64,000 bases of DNA from Gracilinanus agilis (lineage: Eukaryota), in assembly GCF_016433145.1 (NCBI RefSeq), contig NC_058133.1:188962552-189026551 (forward strand), read 5' to 3'. Positions 12,701 through 24,659 of this stretch are shown here, piece after piece. Below the pieces are notes generated by a model. It was given only the letters and a program-made list of their open reading frames with translations, made no database searches and was not told the origin of the DNA. Position numbers and translations under genes: made by a program. Position 1 is the stretch's first letter, and each line of letters starts with the position of its first letter.

Positions 12701-14182
12701 GAAGGCTGTATTGATATAGCCTGTAGCATGGACTCGTCCCTCAAGTGCTCCATGAGGGTGTAATACAAAGTCCCAGATGTAGTCATAGTTGCCCACAGAT
12801 GACACTGACCGGATAACAAGAGCTGAACCAACCACAGCACCAAAGTAACGACCCTGTGCCTGGTTATGGTGTCTTCGAAGAGGCATCCCCGGTGCCTCCT
12901 CAAATACACACAGGGCCCCAGGGAGCAACTGAGCTGTCCCCTGGTCCACCAGCACATAGGCATCCACCATGGTGGCTAAATAGGGGCAATCCACTCCCCG
13001 AACGAGCCCCCGGCTGTGTCGGCCAATCCCATAAGTGCTATCCAAGTAATGGGTCATCATTGTCTTAGGTGAGTCAGCACCATAGATGGAAAGACATTCC
13101 TGGACACTGATCTCATAAGCTACCCGCTCCCCCTGGAACTGGACATCAAAAATCCTCATGCCACTGAATACCCCAAGGCTAAAGGTAAATGTCCAAAGTG
13201 GAGAGGCCACTTGACTCCCCTGGACACTATATCGAGGACCCTGGGGTGAGAACTGTAGAGGAGGAGGAGGACCTGGAGGTACCTGAGGCCTCAAGGATGA
13301 TGATGCTCCATCTGGTAAGGGTGGAGCGATCCTAACCACATCCACTTGGCCAGCCTTGAACTTTTGCTCCAATTGGCCCAGGTCCTCATAGTAGTAGCCT
13401 TGATAGTAGACCTTCTGGACAAACCATCGAGCAGGGTCCAGGTCCCCATGATCCAAAAGCAGCTCCAGTCCCACAGGATGCAAAAAAAGGCCAGCACCTG
13501 AGACATTGTGGTAAAGGGCAAGCCAGGTGGTACGCTCTCCTGATCCAAAACCATGAGAAGGTGAGGGCACAGGTGCCAAAGAAGAGCCATCGTAACTGAA
13601 GACCGAAGTCAGGAAGACAGGTGCTTTGGGCAGCTCCACTTCCTTCAAGTGCCTCCAAAGCTGGGCAAACTCAGTCCTAAGCATAGGGCGCCGATAATAA
13701 GGGAGAGGACCCCCATAGCGCTCTACAGTCACATCTCGAAGATAGGAGAGGCTTGGCAGCGCCCCCACCACAAATTCACTCACATTGGGCTGGGCCTGAT
13801 GGCCAAAGAAGACCACAACTAGAGCTTCACGGGGAGGCGGTGGTTTTCCCCCATCCAGGTAGGCCAGTGCTGCGGCTTTGGAAGGCAGCTGTAACTCCAC
13901 TGAGTAGACACAGTTGTCTGATGGGCTGGCATGGCGTGCATCTACAAACCCTGTCCCCAGCTGCTGGGTCAGGAAGCGCATCACTGAGGCCAGCTCCTCC
14001 TTGGTCAGATCTGAGAACAGTCGGCTCCTGTTAGAATGCAGCCAAAACTGACTGGCAGGGGACCTTGAGGGGCAGTGGGGAGGTTGCCTGGAGATACCCC
14101 CACCAGTCAACAGGACACAAACCAGAGCAAAAATGGTGACAACAGAGAGAGCAAGGAGGACCAGGGCCACCCTTGTATTCAT
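3779..14182 (-). CDS. AOC2: Amine oxidase copper-containing 2 (retina-type amine oxidase), complete, 757 aa
   Basis: Exons 14182-12592, 8424-8139, 7915-7786, 4045-3779; all GT-AG; total 2274 nt. TPQ motif [10 protein letters not shown] (Gly, AOC2-type), HTH, LHIPH, and C-terminus [17 protein letters not shown], all diagnostic of AOC2. Confidence 0.96.
4930..5170 (-). mobile_element. MAR1-type marsupial CORE-SINE
   Basis: RTE-derived tail GGCAAAGATACTGGAGT...GCCATTTCCTTCTCCAG joined to the CORE sequence GAGGAAACTGAGGC...AAGTGACTTGCCCAGGGTCACACAGCTAG. Confidence 0.7.
5950..6975 (+). mobile_element. 5'-truncated LINE-1 (ORF2 C-terminus plus 3'UTR) inserted in older L2-like sequence, in AOC2 intron 3
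   Basis: Typical L1 ORF2 end: [52 protein letters not shown] and [12 protein letters not shown] motifs, with an A-rich end. Confidence 0.85.
7336..7530 (+). mobile_element. Full-length SINE1 (opossum type) with target-site duplication
   Basis: GGGGCAGCTGGGTGGCTCAGTGG head and GGAAGGTAAGGGTTTAAAAAAA tail; TSD ATAAGATCTG at about 7327-7336 and 7533-7542. Confidence 0.9.
9130..10270 (-). mobile_element. Cluster of three SINE copies (about 9130-9325, 9480-9652, 10095-10270) in AOC2 intron 1
   Basis: Reverse-complement SINE hallmarks: AACCCTTAC..., AAGGGCTAGGCAA..GGTTAAGTGACTTGCCCAGGG, CCACTGAGCTACCTAGCTGCCCC. Confidence 0.8.
10450..11100 (+). mobile_element. Old, decayed LINE-1 ORF2 3' fragment
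   Basis: AAAATGCAAATCAAGATAACC...TACCACCTCATGCC resembles the L1 ORF2 end; no intact ORF. Confidence 0.55.
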
Positions 14183-16211
14183 AGTGAATATAAAACAGTG
14201 CAGTATTGGGGGTCCCACAGAAAGTTCTCCTAGTTGCTTCTCCCAGCTCCAGGAATTGACTCTGGGGGAAAAAAGCTACTCCCTGGGTTAGGACTGAAGC
14301 TCTCCACCCTCTGGTCTAGAGATGTAATTTCCCCTATAATTGGCTTAGTTGGTTCTGCCCTCTCCATTTTCCTCTTCTGTGGTTTGGCTTCGATAATTAC
14401 CACCCCCACCCTCCACCCTCCAGAAGAGCCCCAGTACACCAGTGAGGCAGGTTCCAACAACAATAAGAACTGTAGGTAGTACTTTTTGTCATTTCCAGTG
14501 TTGTTGGTTAAAAACTTTAATTTAGGGGTTTCCTTTAGTTGAAGGAGAGCATTGACCAAGGGTAAAGAAATTTTTAGAATCTTGAAGTACATCCAAACAG
14601 GTGCTGGAAAGATTCCTGTTTTAAAAGTCTCCTTATGAGGCAGCCTTGTGCAGAGGTATAGAGTGTACTAGATTGAGTCAGAGAACCTGAAATGATGGAC
14701 TGTACCAGTTCTATGCATTAATATCCCCTGAGACTCAGGGAAAAGCTACTTTACCTTTTTTGTAGGGGAGGGGAAGGTGGAAGGGGTCTCAGTTTCCTCA
14801 CCTACGAAATGGAATGGAAATAGTTGATTTCTAAAGTCCTTTACTAAGTGATGCTGTATATATGCCTGTCTCTTCATAGAACCTTGGGTGAGAGTTTCAT
14901 TTTTAACACAATCCAAAGAGGAGTATAATAGAGGGAAAGCTAACATCTGTACCACCCTTCTTCCTTACCCCTCAGCTACTTATTTCCTTAGGGCAAATAA
15001 ACTAGGGCCTATAAGCCTTTCAAAGAAAGGGAAATCCTAAACTCCAGGGCCAGGAAACATTTCTGCACCCCCCCCCCCCACCATTCATATTCCAAGGAAG
15101 CCCTCTCCCTTTCTAATCTCCATTCTCCAGTCACTTTTTTGAAAAACTGATTCTGAGAGGTGAAAAACAATAAATCCTAACTGAAATTTAATTATTTGGG
15201 GGTTGGTTTTCTTTTGAGTGGCAGCAAGGTTAAGCTAGTATCAGACTATGACTGGGTAATGAGAGTCCCAGCCAAACATACAGAAAACAAACAAAAAAAA
15301 CCTATCAGTCATGAAAATGACTCCAGATTAAGTATCTCTATATACCATCCTTAAGGAATTGAAAACACTGGTCCAAAAATCAGAGCTCCAACCCTGTCTC
15401 TGGCACACACTGTGTCTCTGGGTCCTTGAGTCAATCCCTTAATGTCTTCCTGGTGCTCTAGTTAACTCTCCAAATATAGGTACAAATCAACAATGATAAA
15501 ATGAAGTTCCTGGCTGGGGGCTCCCACACCAATGAAATCACAAGTCTGGTCAAAAGTAAAACCAAGCCCAGTATGTTGTTAAGGAAGCTCTCTCCTTGAC
15601 CACCCCACCTCCCCCATGTACAAGGGCTCTATGGTGCAGCAGGCTGAGCACCAATCAAGCTAATTAGGATGCTTTGAGTCTTGGTTTTGCACTAACTAGC
15701 TAATATGACCTTGGACAAGTTATTCGGCTTCTTGGGGTGTCAATTACCTCCTTTATCAAACAGGAGTGTGGTGTTTAGATGACCTTCCAGCTCAAATACT
15801 GTAGGTCTCTCTCAGGTTCAGTGATGAGGAAGCTCCGCACCAACTACATGAGGGCATAGCAGCCCCTACTGGTAGCTCATGAGAATCACTGGGGGAGAGA
15901 GCACAGATGCCAGAAGAGAAATGGTTGGGGAAAGGAGAGGAGCCCCTCAGATTTTGGAGGTGTCATTTTCCAAACATAAGCCAGGTCAGACAGTGGGGCC
16001 ATCAGAGAAAGGGTCCATCCCCACCCCTGATACTGGAAGACGGTGTTAGATCAATCTTTATATATCATGGAAGGGGGGGTGGGGGTTGGAGGTTGCTCAC
16101 CTCATTTGTGGCCAGCCTGTAAGGGTGTGTGTGTGTATGGAGATTGGCCTCAGTTGTCTGAGGATCGCACTGGGGTCTGTGACTTTAAAAAAAGGTCAAA
16201 GTACCTGTATT

Positions 16212-16217
16212 TTTAAT
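16212..16217 (-). terminator. Candidate PSME3 polyadenylation signal ATTAAA
   Basis: TTTAAT on +, about 1.5 kb past the stop. I found no AATAAA on the minus strand in the called bases of 14500-17738; other ATTAAA at about 15187 and 14516. Confidence 0.4.
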
Positions 16218-17737
16218 AATTTCTTGACATGGTAAAAGAATTTTACATTACGATCCAGGGAAGCAGGGGTAGGATAAGGATTGGGGAAGCTGGGTTGGGG
16301 ACATCAGAACAATCCAACAAACAAAAAAGCAAACAACACCAAGAAACACATGGTGGAGAGAGCAGGTAGGTTGGGGATGGGGACAGGGTCTGGGGAGGCC
16401 CAACTAAAACACAGTTGGTTTGTTACTGAATATTATTCATGGGAAGACAATGTCCTGACTCCTTCACTATAACATAATGGGACAGACAGTGATGCATCCC
16501 AGGTGGAAACCAGCAGGAAAGTGAGGAGAGAAAAACAGAAGTAAGGGATGATGGAAACAAACACAGAAAGAGCCACATACATGGGAAGGGTTGATTGACT
16601 GAAATAAGTTGACTCTCTCTGAGGGGTAACAGACTTGGCAGGTGGGGTGGGAGGTCAAAGAACCTGCAATAATGGGATATATCCAGAGTTCTCGAGAGAA
16701 AAACAGCAATTCTTCCATTTTTCTGATCCACCCTGCAGATTTTCATTCACATCCCTACCCTCCTTGGGAAAAAATATAAATAAGAAAAATATTCCAAAAG
16801 GAAGAGGTCCCAAAGTAGTATCTGGATCTAAGCTTCAGAACACACCAACCTCCCATTTGTAACTGATTTAAAGAGAGCCAAATAGTTGGGGCAGCAGTCT
16901 TTGTAACAATTCCCAACAAGACTCTGAGTCACAGGATGATGGGTGCTCTGGTTCCCTCCCTCCTTCCCATCTCTCTGCTCAGGTGGAACAGACTTGCACC
17001 TCTCAGCTGAATCCTGTTCTGCTTAGTCTGGCCACCTGACTCTTGGAGCTAAGATAAACTCTTGAGAGAGAATGGGAGGTCTGATGACAGGGTAAGGAAT
17101 GTGTGGTGGCAGAGCTACATAAGAAAAACTAAAAACCTCACAATAAAGACATCAAAAAAAAACCTCTCAAAGAGACAGTAGAAGGTGTAATATTTCCCGA
17201 GGTCCTGATGGTAGGGAGATGCAATAAAGGAAATACAACCTCTCCTTCCCCTTCTCCCTCCCCTAGCCACACACATCATCACCAGGGATCCTCTATGCCA
17301 TAGAAGCCAGGATAGGCCCCCTATTCCCTCAAAGAAACATAGCTCTTTCACTTCCAACTTTTCCAACATCTAACCAACTAACTGAAAAGGAGACATACAG
17401 ACCAAGAGAAGACCAGGGGGTCGGGTGGGGAGGGAGAAAGAGTTCAAGAGAAAGTGCATGTGTGCGTAGACACACATATGCAAACACTCCAGAAATGAGT
17501 CTTGACAACAGGGCAGGTTGGGAATGGGGACTAGGGTAGGAGAGTTCCTGAGGCCTGAAATAAGAGGTAAACACGTCACAGNNNNNNNNNNNNNNNNNNN
17601 NNNNNNNNNNNNNNNNNNNNNNNNNNNNNNNNNNNNNNNNNNNNNNNNNNNNNNNNNNNNNNNNNNNNNNNNNNNNNNNNNNNNNNNNNNNNNNNNNNNN
17701 NNNNNNNNNNNNNNNNNNNNNNNNNNNNNNNNTGGCC

Positions 17738-20700
17738 TCAGTACAGCGTCTCTGCATTGCTGCTCCGGGGCCGCTTGATCTTCTCAATGTTTTTCAGGAT
17801 CATGTCATGTAAAGTGACCTGAGAGGAGAGAGGTTGGGGGAGGGGGGAAGGACAATCACCCACCTGGCTCTCTTTCAGCATAGATATAGGGACTTCAAAC
17901 AGAGCTTTCAGGTCAAGAGATGGGATCACTGGCTATCAACCACCAATTTCATGGCACTAAACCCTCAGAAGAGGAGTAGAATCTAACCCCCCTCCCACAG
18001 GAGATGACTTTTGAGAGAAGCCAGGACAACTGAGAGGGTGATATGGTAAAGGAGTCAGTCACTCACGTATTGGTTCCTCAGTTCTGATATGATGAGCCGA
18101 AGGCTGATATATTCCTTCTCATCAATCTCTGTCACTGTGCGTCGATAGTCTTCCTAAAGAATGGTGAGAAAGGAAAGAAAAGGGAGAGGAAAAGGTGGAT
18201 TGGCTGTTTTGCAGGGCTAGGCTGAGTTTCTGCTTGAATATTTAAGGTTTTTTCTCTCAATTTTGTATTTCCCATCCCCACCTCCCATCATAATTTTCTC
18301 ACTTACCACATGGGGATATTTGGCTATTTTAGAAACCAATTTGGCTCTTGTAATGTAATATCTGGAAGGAGAAAGAGGAAAAAGCAAGTAATACAAGTAG
18401 TCAAAAACTAAATTTCACAATCCCTGGGCCAGCCCCAAACTCCTACCTAGAAATCTGGTCTAGATAAGATGCAGCTTCACTCTCCACAGTCCTTAGTTCT
18501 GCAACTGTCTCCTCCTGTGAAGGATTGAAGGTCAAGTGTGTAAAAGCAAATCTCTCTATTCTGGCACCCCATAGGATATTAGCTAGGTGTCACCCAAAAA
18601 GAGAATAGGCAGAATAGCTGGGAAAATGTCTCAACCTCTTCTTCTAGGTATGTTCTCCACCCCTTTAATGACCATGTAGTGAAACTTTCACACAAGGATT
18701 TATAAACCATCAAGCAAACCCTATTTTGCAGAAGTATGAAGTCATGGAGGATATAAAGACAGAACAAGACCAAATATCTCCTCTCAATGAGATGATAAAA
18801 TCATTGAGAGATTATCATCTAAGTTCAGGTAATTGTTCTAACTTTATAACCCAATCCAGAAGGTATTACCTGGATGGATACACCAAAGTTATTCCCATCT
18901 TCTATTCTGGGGATAAGGAGCTGAACCCACATTTTGACCTGGAAAGAAAACAAAAACAAGGGAATAAGTGGCCTTTCTGTTGTAGAACATTACTTATGTG
19001 AAAGCCATTGCTGTACAGAGGAAGGAAAAAGGGTCACCAAACAGAGTAACTTAGGGGGCCCTTTTCACCTCAAAAATAAAAATAAATACACAAAACAAAT
19101 CCCTCTCCTCTTAAACTGGCTAATTTCCCTCAATGCATCATCATTTGCACACCCAACCCATTCCATGCTGGCCTTACCGTATTACATTTCTCGATCAACA
19201 GCCGGATTTCAGGTTTCACCTTTTCAATAATGTCCACCAGCTGCTGGTTGCTTTTTAACATCCCATTAGGCATCACAAACACCTTGGTACCTGGTGGTAA
19301 AGGAAACTAATTTTGTCTGGAAGAAGTGGCCATTTTTTTCTCTCCTCTGCCCCAGGGTCTAGAATGCCAATTTCCCCCCCCCATCCCCCCCCGCCCCAAA
19401 CTCAAGACACTAATGCCCAGCCAGGCCTTCCTTTCCTCCATTGGAAAAGCTGTTTTGGAGAGGCTCAAAATTCCAAAAGCAACTACATTCAACTCTGGAC
19501 ATGAAAAAAATAGTTCAACCTAAATGGGGCTTATAGAAGTAAGTTTGGAGAAAGGAATTGTACTCACCCTGGAAGGCCTCCTCACATTCATCCAATTTCC
19601 TCTTCTTCAAAGTGGGCTGAGGACATACAGAGGTTAAGCGTTTTCTACCTCAAAGACATCAATATTTTAATTACTTTATCCTACCCTTCCCAAAGTCCCC
19701 AAAACTAGACTGAAAGTTTCCCCACTGTTGATTTCACTCAATTTACTAAATATTTGCATGTTGTCTTTGTGCATGTACTAAGATACTGGGGACAAGAAGA
19801 CAAAGTAAACAAGAAATCTGCTCTTAAGGAATTAACAGTGAGCAAATGATAAAGATAGCTTGGTATAAAGCTACATATAAATAATACCAATGAACATTAA
19901 GCAAAGAATGATCAATGTGAGTTTAATTTATTTGAGTATTCTTGCTTCAGGTCTACAAGTAGCTGATATTCATGTAGTGTTGGCCTTAAGGTTTACAAAG
20001 TGCTTTATACATATTATCAAATTTTTATATACATATGTTTAAGACAGAAAGAAATAAGCTAAGAACTTCCTAATCATTGACAAGAGTACGAGATACAAAC
20101 AGGTAAAAAAGTCTCGCCCAGAACCAGATATCCTGTAACCTCAAGAGAAGGTGTGTGATGACTTCAGTACTGCTGGATCTCACAACAGCTTTAGGAACAG
20201 GATAGTTAAGAGTCTTCTCATGTTACAAATGCAGAAAACAAGAGAGATTATGCTAAACCCTCATAAAGAAACTGGGTCCTAGTCTCTGAAGTAGTTTCTT
20301 ACACTGTTCCCTAATGCAAACAGAACTTTGGTCTAGAGGCATCTATTGGTCAAGAACAAAGAATAGTAAAGAGAAACTTACACCATCCAATCCATCATGG
20401 CTATTGGTAAGAAGGATGGGATCAGGAACAGGGAGATTCATGTCTGAGTGGATCTGAGTTAAATCATGGATGTTTAAGATAGGCTCCTAGAAGAAGGAAA
20501 AAAATCTGTATGTTTTCAAGTTAAATATAAGTGAAAGATGAGTCAAGTACAGAGGTGGGGGGCTACGGGTATGGAATGTCATTATCAGATGGTAGTCACA
20601 ATCAGCTAATCATGCTTAACTGTTTTATTCTTTGTAATAAGGAAAAGGAAAGGCTTGGAGGGGTGGACATACAGTAATATCTGGGATGTTAAAACATAAA

Positions 20701-21870
20701 AGTAAAACATTTTTTAATGTGTCAGGAAGGGAATGTGTACATCTGAATCAAACACAATGTAGATAATTCCAATTTGCTCAAGAGTCCAACATCCTGAGGG
20801 AACTGGGGATAATGGTAGCTAAATAAGAAAAGGGAGGGACAGGAAGTATCTCTCACCTTCAAAAAACTATCAAGCTCTAACAACTTCTTTGGGAAAAAAT
20901 TTGCCACCAAGTCTTCTGCCTGAAAGGAACATACACAGTAAAGTTGACTTAATGCTTTTTGGAGGACTCTTGACCTCCAATCTACACACTCCCCAAGTGG
21001 CCTCCTCTTTAGAGTCGCCCCAAACTAAGTCTTCTTGTCCCACCCAACAAAAAGCATCACTCACCTCACTTGTGATCCGCTCCCTGAAAGAATCAACCTG
21101 CAAAGAGCAAAAACACACATCAGGACTTCCTCCAGGGTCTGGTAGCAAGGGGAAGAGATGTATCCTCAGAAGCAAAACAAAATAACAACAAAGTACCATT
21201 CCTAGTGCCACAGCTCACCTTGTAGTTGTAATGGGAAGATGAGAGACCCCCAGATTCTAAGTATTTTATTTTTTTGAGGATCCATTTCTCCATCTTGGGG
21301 GTGGTTCCCACGGAATAGGGGCCAACACTTGTCAGTTTTTTCCTCCCTCCCTATGTCAGCTTGTTCCCCCAGGTTAAGAGGGGTAGCAGGGAAGCGGGGA
21401 CATGGGGGCTGTGATCTCACAAACGCACCCCCCAACCCTCAGTGACGATGCTAGTGTAACCCCAAGCTCCTGTGGGACCTTGGCGCTGGGAGGGGGTGGT
21501 GGCGCCTCACGATCGATAAGAAGAGGGTTGGTTTTCGCTGCGGCCTGTTTCCCCCCGGCCCAACACGTGTCCGCCACGGCCTCCCCCCCAAGCCCAGCGC
21601 GGGGAAAAGCAACAGCGGCTCCACAGTAGTAGCATCCCTGAGTGAAGCGACGCTCTGACCGTCCCCAGGAAGAGCCGGTGGCCAGCCGGGAAAGGGGGAA
21701 GGTTGGGGCGGGCCCAGGGCAGAGGGAGGCGGCGCCGGACTCGGAAGTGCCCGCGGGAGACAAAGGCGGCCGCCGCGGGGTCAAGAACCGGCCCGGCGGG
21801 GTCGCGGGGAGGAGGCGGGGGCTGCTACCTTGAGCTTCACTTCCTGATCCACCTTCAGCAGCGAGGCCAT
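17738..21870 (-). CDS. PSME3: Proteasome activator subunit 3 (PA28gamma/REGgamma), complete, 254 aa
   Basis: Exons 21870-21829, 21097-21065, 20919-20857, 20486-20382, 19616-19568, 19290-19178, 18938-18870, 18514-18447, 18361-18307, 18153-18067, 17818-17738; total 765 nt. MASLLKVDQEVKLK...KRPRSSNAETLY*; NLS KKRKL. Confidence 0.98.
21219..21293 (-). CDS. PSME3: Candidate alternative first coding exon of PSME3 (MEKWILKKIKYLESGGLSSSHYNYK)
   Basis: 75 nt from ATG to a strong phase-0 donor AAG|GTGAG at 21219/21218, in frame with exon 2 (VDSFRER). Nearly identical to my recollection of the human isoform-3 N-terminus. Confidence 0.7.
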
Positions 21871-22560
21871 GGCCGGGGCGGGCCGCGTCCACTCCGCTGG
21901 GGGCTCCGGGGTGGGGGACCGGAGGACCTGGGCACGGGGGCAGGTTTCGGCTTCCTTCGGGCCTCCGCCGGCCTGTCTGGTTCCCTCGCTTCCTCGCTGC
22001 CTGCCTCCCGGGCGCCTACCTGCCTCCCTGCCTCCCTGCCTGCCTACCTCCCTGCTCGCTCACTCGCTTGCCCGCCCGGCTTCCGCCGCTCGCACCGGAA
22101 GTCGCGTCACAGCCAATCGCCGGGGGGCTCGCGGGCGGCACGTGCCCGGCGCGCGCTCGTACGCACGCGCGCCCTAACGCGCCGCGCCAGCCCGGGCAGG
22201 AGGCCAGGGAGCCGCCGTGTCTCTCGCCTCTGGTCTCCGCAGCCGCTCAGGGCTGAGAACCGGAGTCGGGGCGCCCTAGGCGGCTAATAGGAGCTTGTGC
22301 CTTTCTCCTCTGGGCCCCGGGGCATTACGTTGAGAGTGAGAAAAGCCTGTGGGGACCCGGGCATCATTGTCCGTCGCCGCATCTCTGACGGCCCCCGAGG
22401 CGCCAGTGCGCCGTCGCGCCCCAATGACGTCAGTACTGCGGGCCAGGACCCGGCCTGTCAGTGGAACCCAGCAGGTGCAGAAAGCCCCGGGCGGGGGCGG
22501 GCCAGTCCTGATCCTCGGCTATGCCCAGGTGCCAAACTCATAGTCTGTGAGGAGACCCGT
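21370..22560 (-). promoter_or_regulatory. PSME3 CpG island/promoter
   Basis: Very CpG-rich. ETS CCGGAAGT 22095-22102, CCAAT 22113-22117, palindromic E-box GGCACGTGCC 22137-22146, CCAAT plus full CRE TGACGTCA 22421-22432. Confidence 0.8.
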
Positions 22561-24019
22561 CTCCTCTTGTTTTTCCCCAATCTGGGAGCTCCCTGAGGGC
22601 AGCGACGGACTCATCATTAGATTCAAAGGGTCAGATTTCAAAGAAAACTTGAGATCATCTCGACCAATCTCCTTTTAAAGATGAGAAAACAGGCCCAGAA
22701 ACGGAAAGTCGATGGAGCAAGGTTACTTACACAAATGCTAGAACCTGGTTTAGAAACTGTAGCCCAAACCAGAAACTGCACTCTTCTCTAGTTTAGTATC
22801 GTGCACAGTGAAGTCTTGCCACACGTCATTCTCTTTGGGCTTTCCCCATCCGCACTTTGTTTTGTAACTCTAAAATACAACTCTTGTGATATTTATTACA
22901 GTGATATTTGGGTCTTAATCCTCGCCCCCCCCCCACTTGACTGTAATCTATGAGGAAAAGGGTCTTATCTAAATATTGTATCGCAAGCACTTTGGTTTGC
23001 ACGTGAAAAAACCCTGTGTCAGAAGAGGATTTTGCATAAATAATGAGTCCTGATTTGTGAATGGTTTTTACAGTTCCCTGAGTAATGGGTAGAGAAGTCT
23101 GGCATAGTATTCTACAACCCGAGCTACTTCTTTTCTTGTAGTGCTGACTCTGGAGTAAGGGAAGACCTGGGGTTCAAATTCAACTGCTTACACCAAGATG
23201 TTAGCTTTTACTATTCAAAATTAGTAAGAGGAAATGTGTGAAAAATTATAGCTTTATTTTACAGTAATCTGAAGTTTGCAAAATGCTTTATGTAGTTGAT
23301 TCTCAACTCCATGAAATAGATACTATGATTATCCCGTTTTAAGAATATAAAAAGTCTTAGAAAGGAGAAATTCATTGTCTAGGCTGTCACAAGAGGATGT
23401 GAACCTAGTTTTTCTTTTTCTGACTCTTAAGTCCAGCATTCTTTTATATCTTATATGATACTCTTTTCTGGGTGCTTGTTAGTCTAGTCAATAAACATTT
23501 ATTACACTCTTACCATGTGCCAGCCACTGTTCTAAGCACTAGGGATACAAAAAGAGATAAAAGACAGTCCCTGCCCTCACAAACTTCTCAGTCTGATAGG
23601 GAATACAACAAGCAAACAAATATGTACAATGATTGAGAAAGAAGGTACTAGAATTAAGAGAAGTTGAGAAAGTCTCACTGTAAAAAATGGAATTTTAGTT
23701 GGGACAAAGGAAGCCAGAGATGAGGAAAGAGCTTTCCAGTCAGAGAAAATGCCTGGAGCAGAGAGATAAGTGTATTTGTTGATTGGCAAGGAGACCAGTG
23801 TCACCCAGATAAGGGAGTGTGTGGCTGAGAGAAAAAGTGTAGGAAGGCTTTCATGAGGAACCTCTCCTAAAAGGAAATTAAAGACCATTGCACTTCAAGT
23901 ACCAGCACTGTGGATCCCTTTTATGTTCCACTTACTCTCAGTAACTCAAGCCTCTCTTGTCAGATGGAGTTTTAGATCATAGAATCTGAATTGAAATGCA
24001 CCACTGGAATCATCTAGTC

Positions 24020-24231
24020 CAGCGATGGGCAAACTACAGCCCTCAGGCCAGATGGGGGGGGGGGGCTGAAATGTTCTATCTGGCCAAAAGACATTATTCC
24101 TAATCTGACGAATACAATGAGTAGGATACAGTACAATGAAACTTCAAACGAGTTGCCATTGAAACAGACTGACAGATGAGCATTTCCTTTCCTTTGGCCC
24201 CCTCTTAAAAAGTTTGCCCATCCCATCACTG
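24020..24231. mobile_element. hAT (Charlie-group) non-autonomous DNA transposon (MITE)
   Basis: TIRs CAGCGATGGGCAAACT / AGTTTGCCCATC[CCATC]ACTG; perfect 8-bp TSD ATCTAGTC at 24012-24019 and 24232-24239. Confidence 0.9.
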
Positions 24232-24659
24232 ATCTAGTCCAATCCACATGTAAACAGGAATTACCCTTCAATGATCTTGAATTGACTCAGACTCAACTTG
24301 AACACTTCCAGTAATGAGAGTTTTCTACTGCCCCAAGTAATCTATTGCATATTTTTGGAAAGCACCAGCCGTTGAAAAGTTAATATTTATATTTTTCAGT
24401 TCTCTCAGGGTCATGATTTTAGTTCTATAAAGGCCCTTAAAGACCTTTTCCTTTTGTAGATAATTAAATAGGTCCAGAAAAGTCCTAACTTGCCCAAGGT
24501 CATGCAGGTCATGAGTGGCATGGCCAAGATTCCAATTCAGATTTTGCGACTCCAATTTTAGCAAACTGACCTCAAAAGAGAAACAACTCTGACACCATAG
24601 GAAAGTCTAAAGGAATTTGGTTTTAGTTAAATTCGAGAGTCCTGAGAAGGGCCTGGGAG

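Noticed and set aside
18939-18978. Upstream AG before PSME3 exon 7, where I recall a human isoform inserting 13 aa
   Set aside because: Here the insert would be 38 nt (frameshifting) with no matching peptide, so that isoform is not supported.
21374-22596. ORFs of 99-194 aa over the PSME3 CpG island
   Set aside because: Low-complexity G/R/A/P products expected from stop-poor GC-rich DNA.
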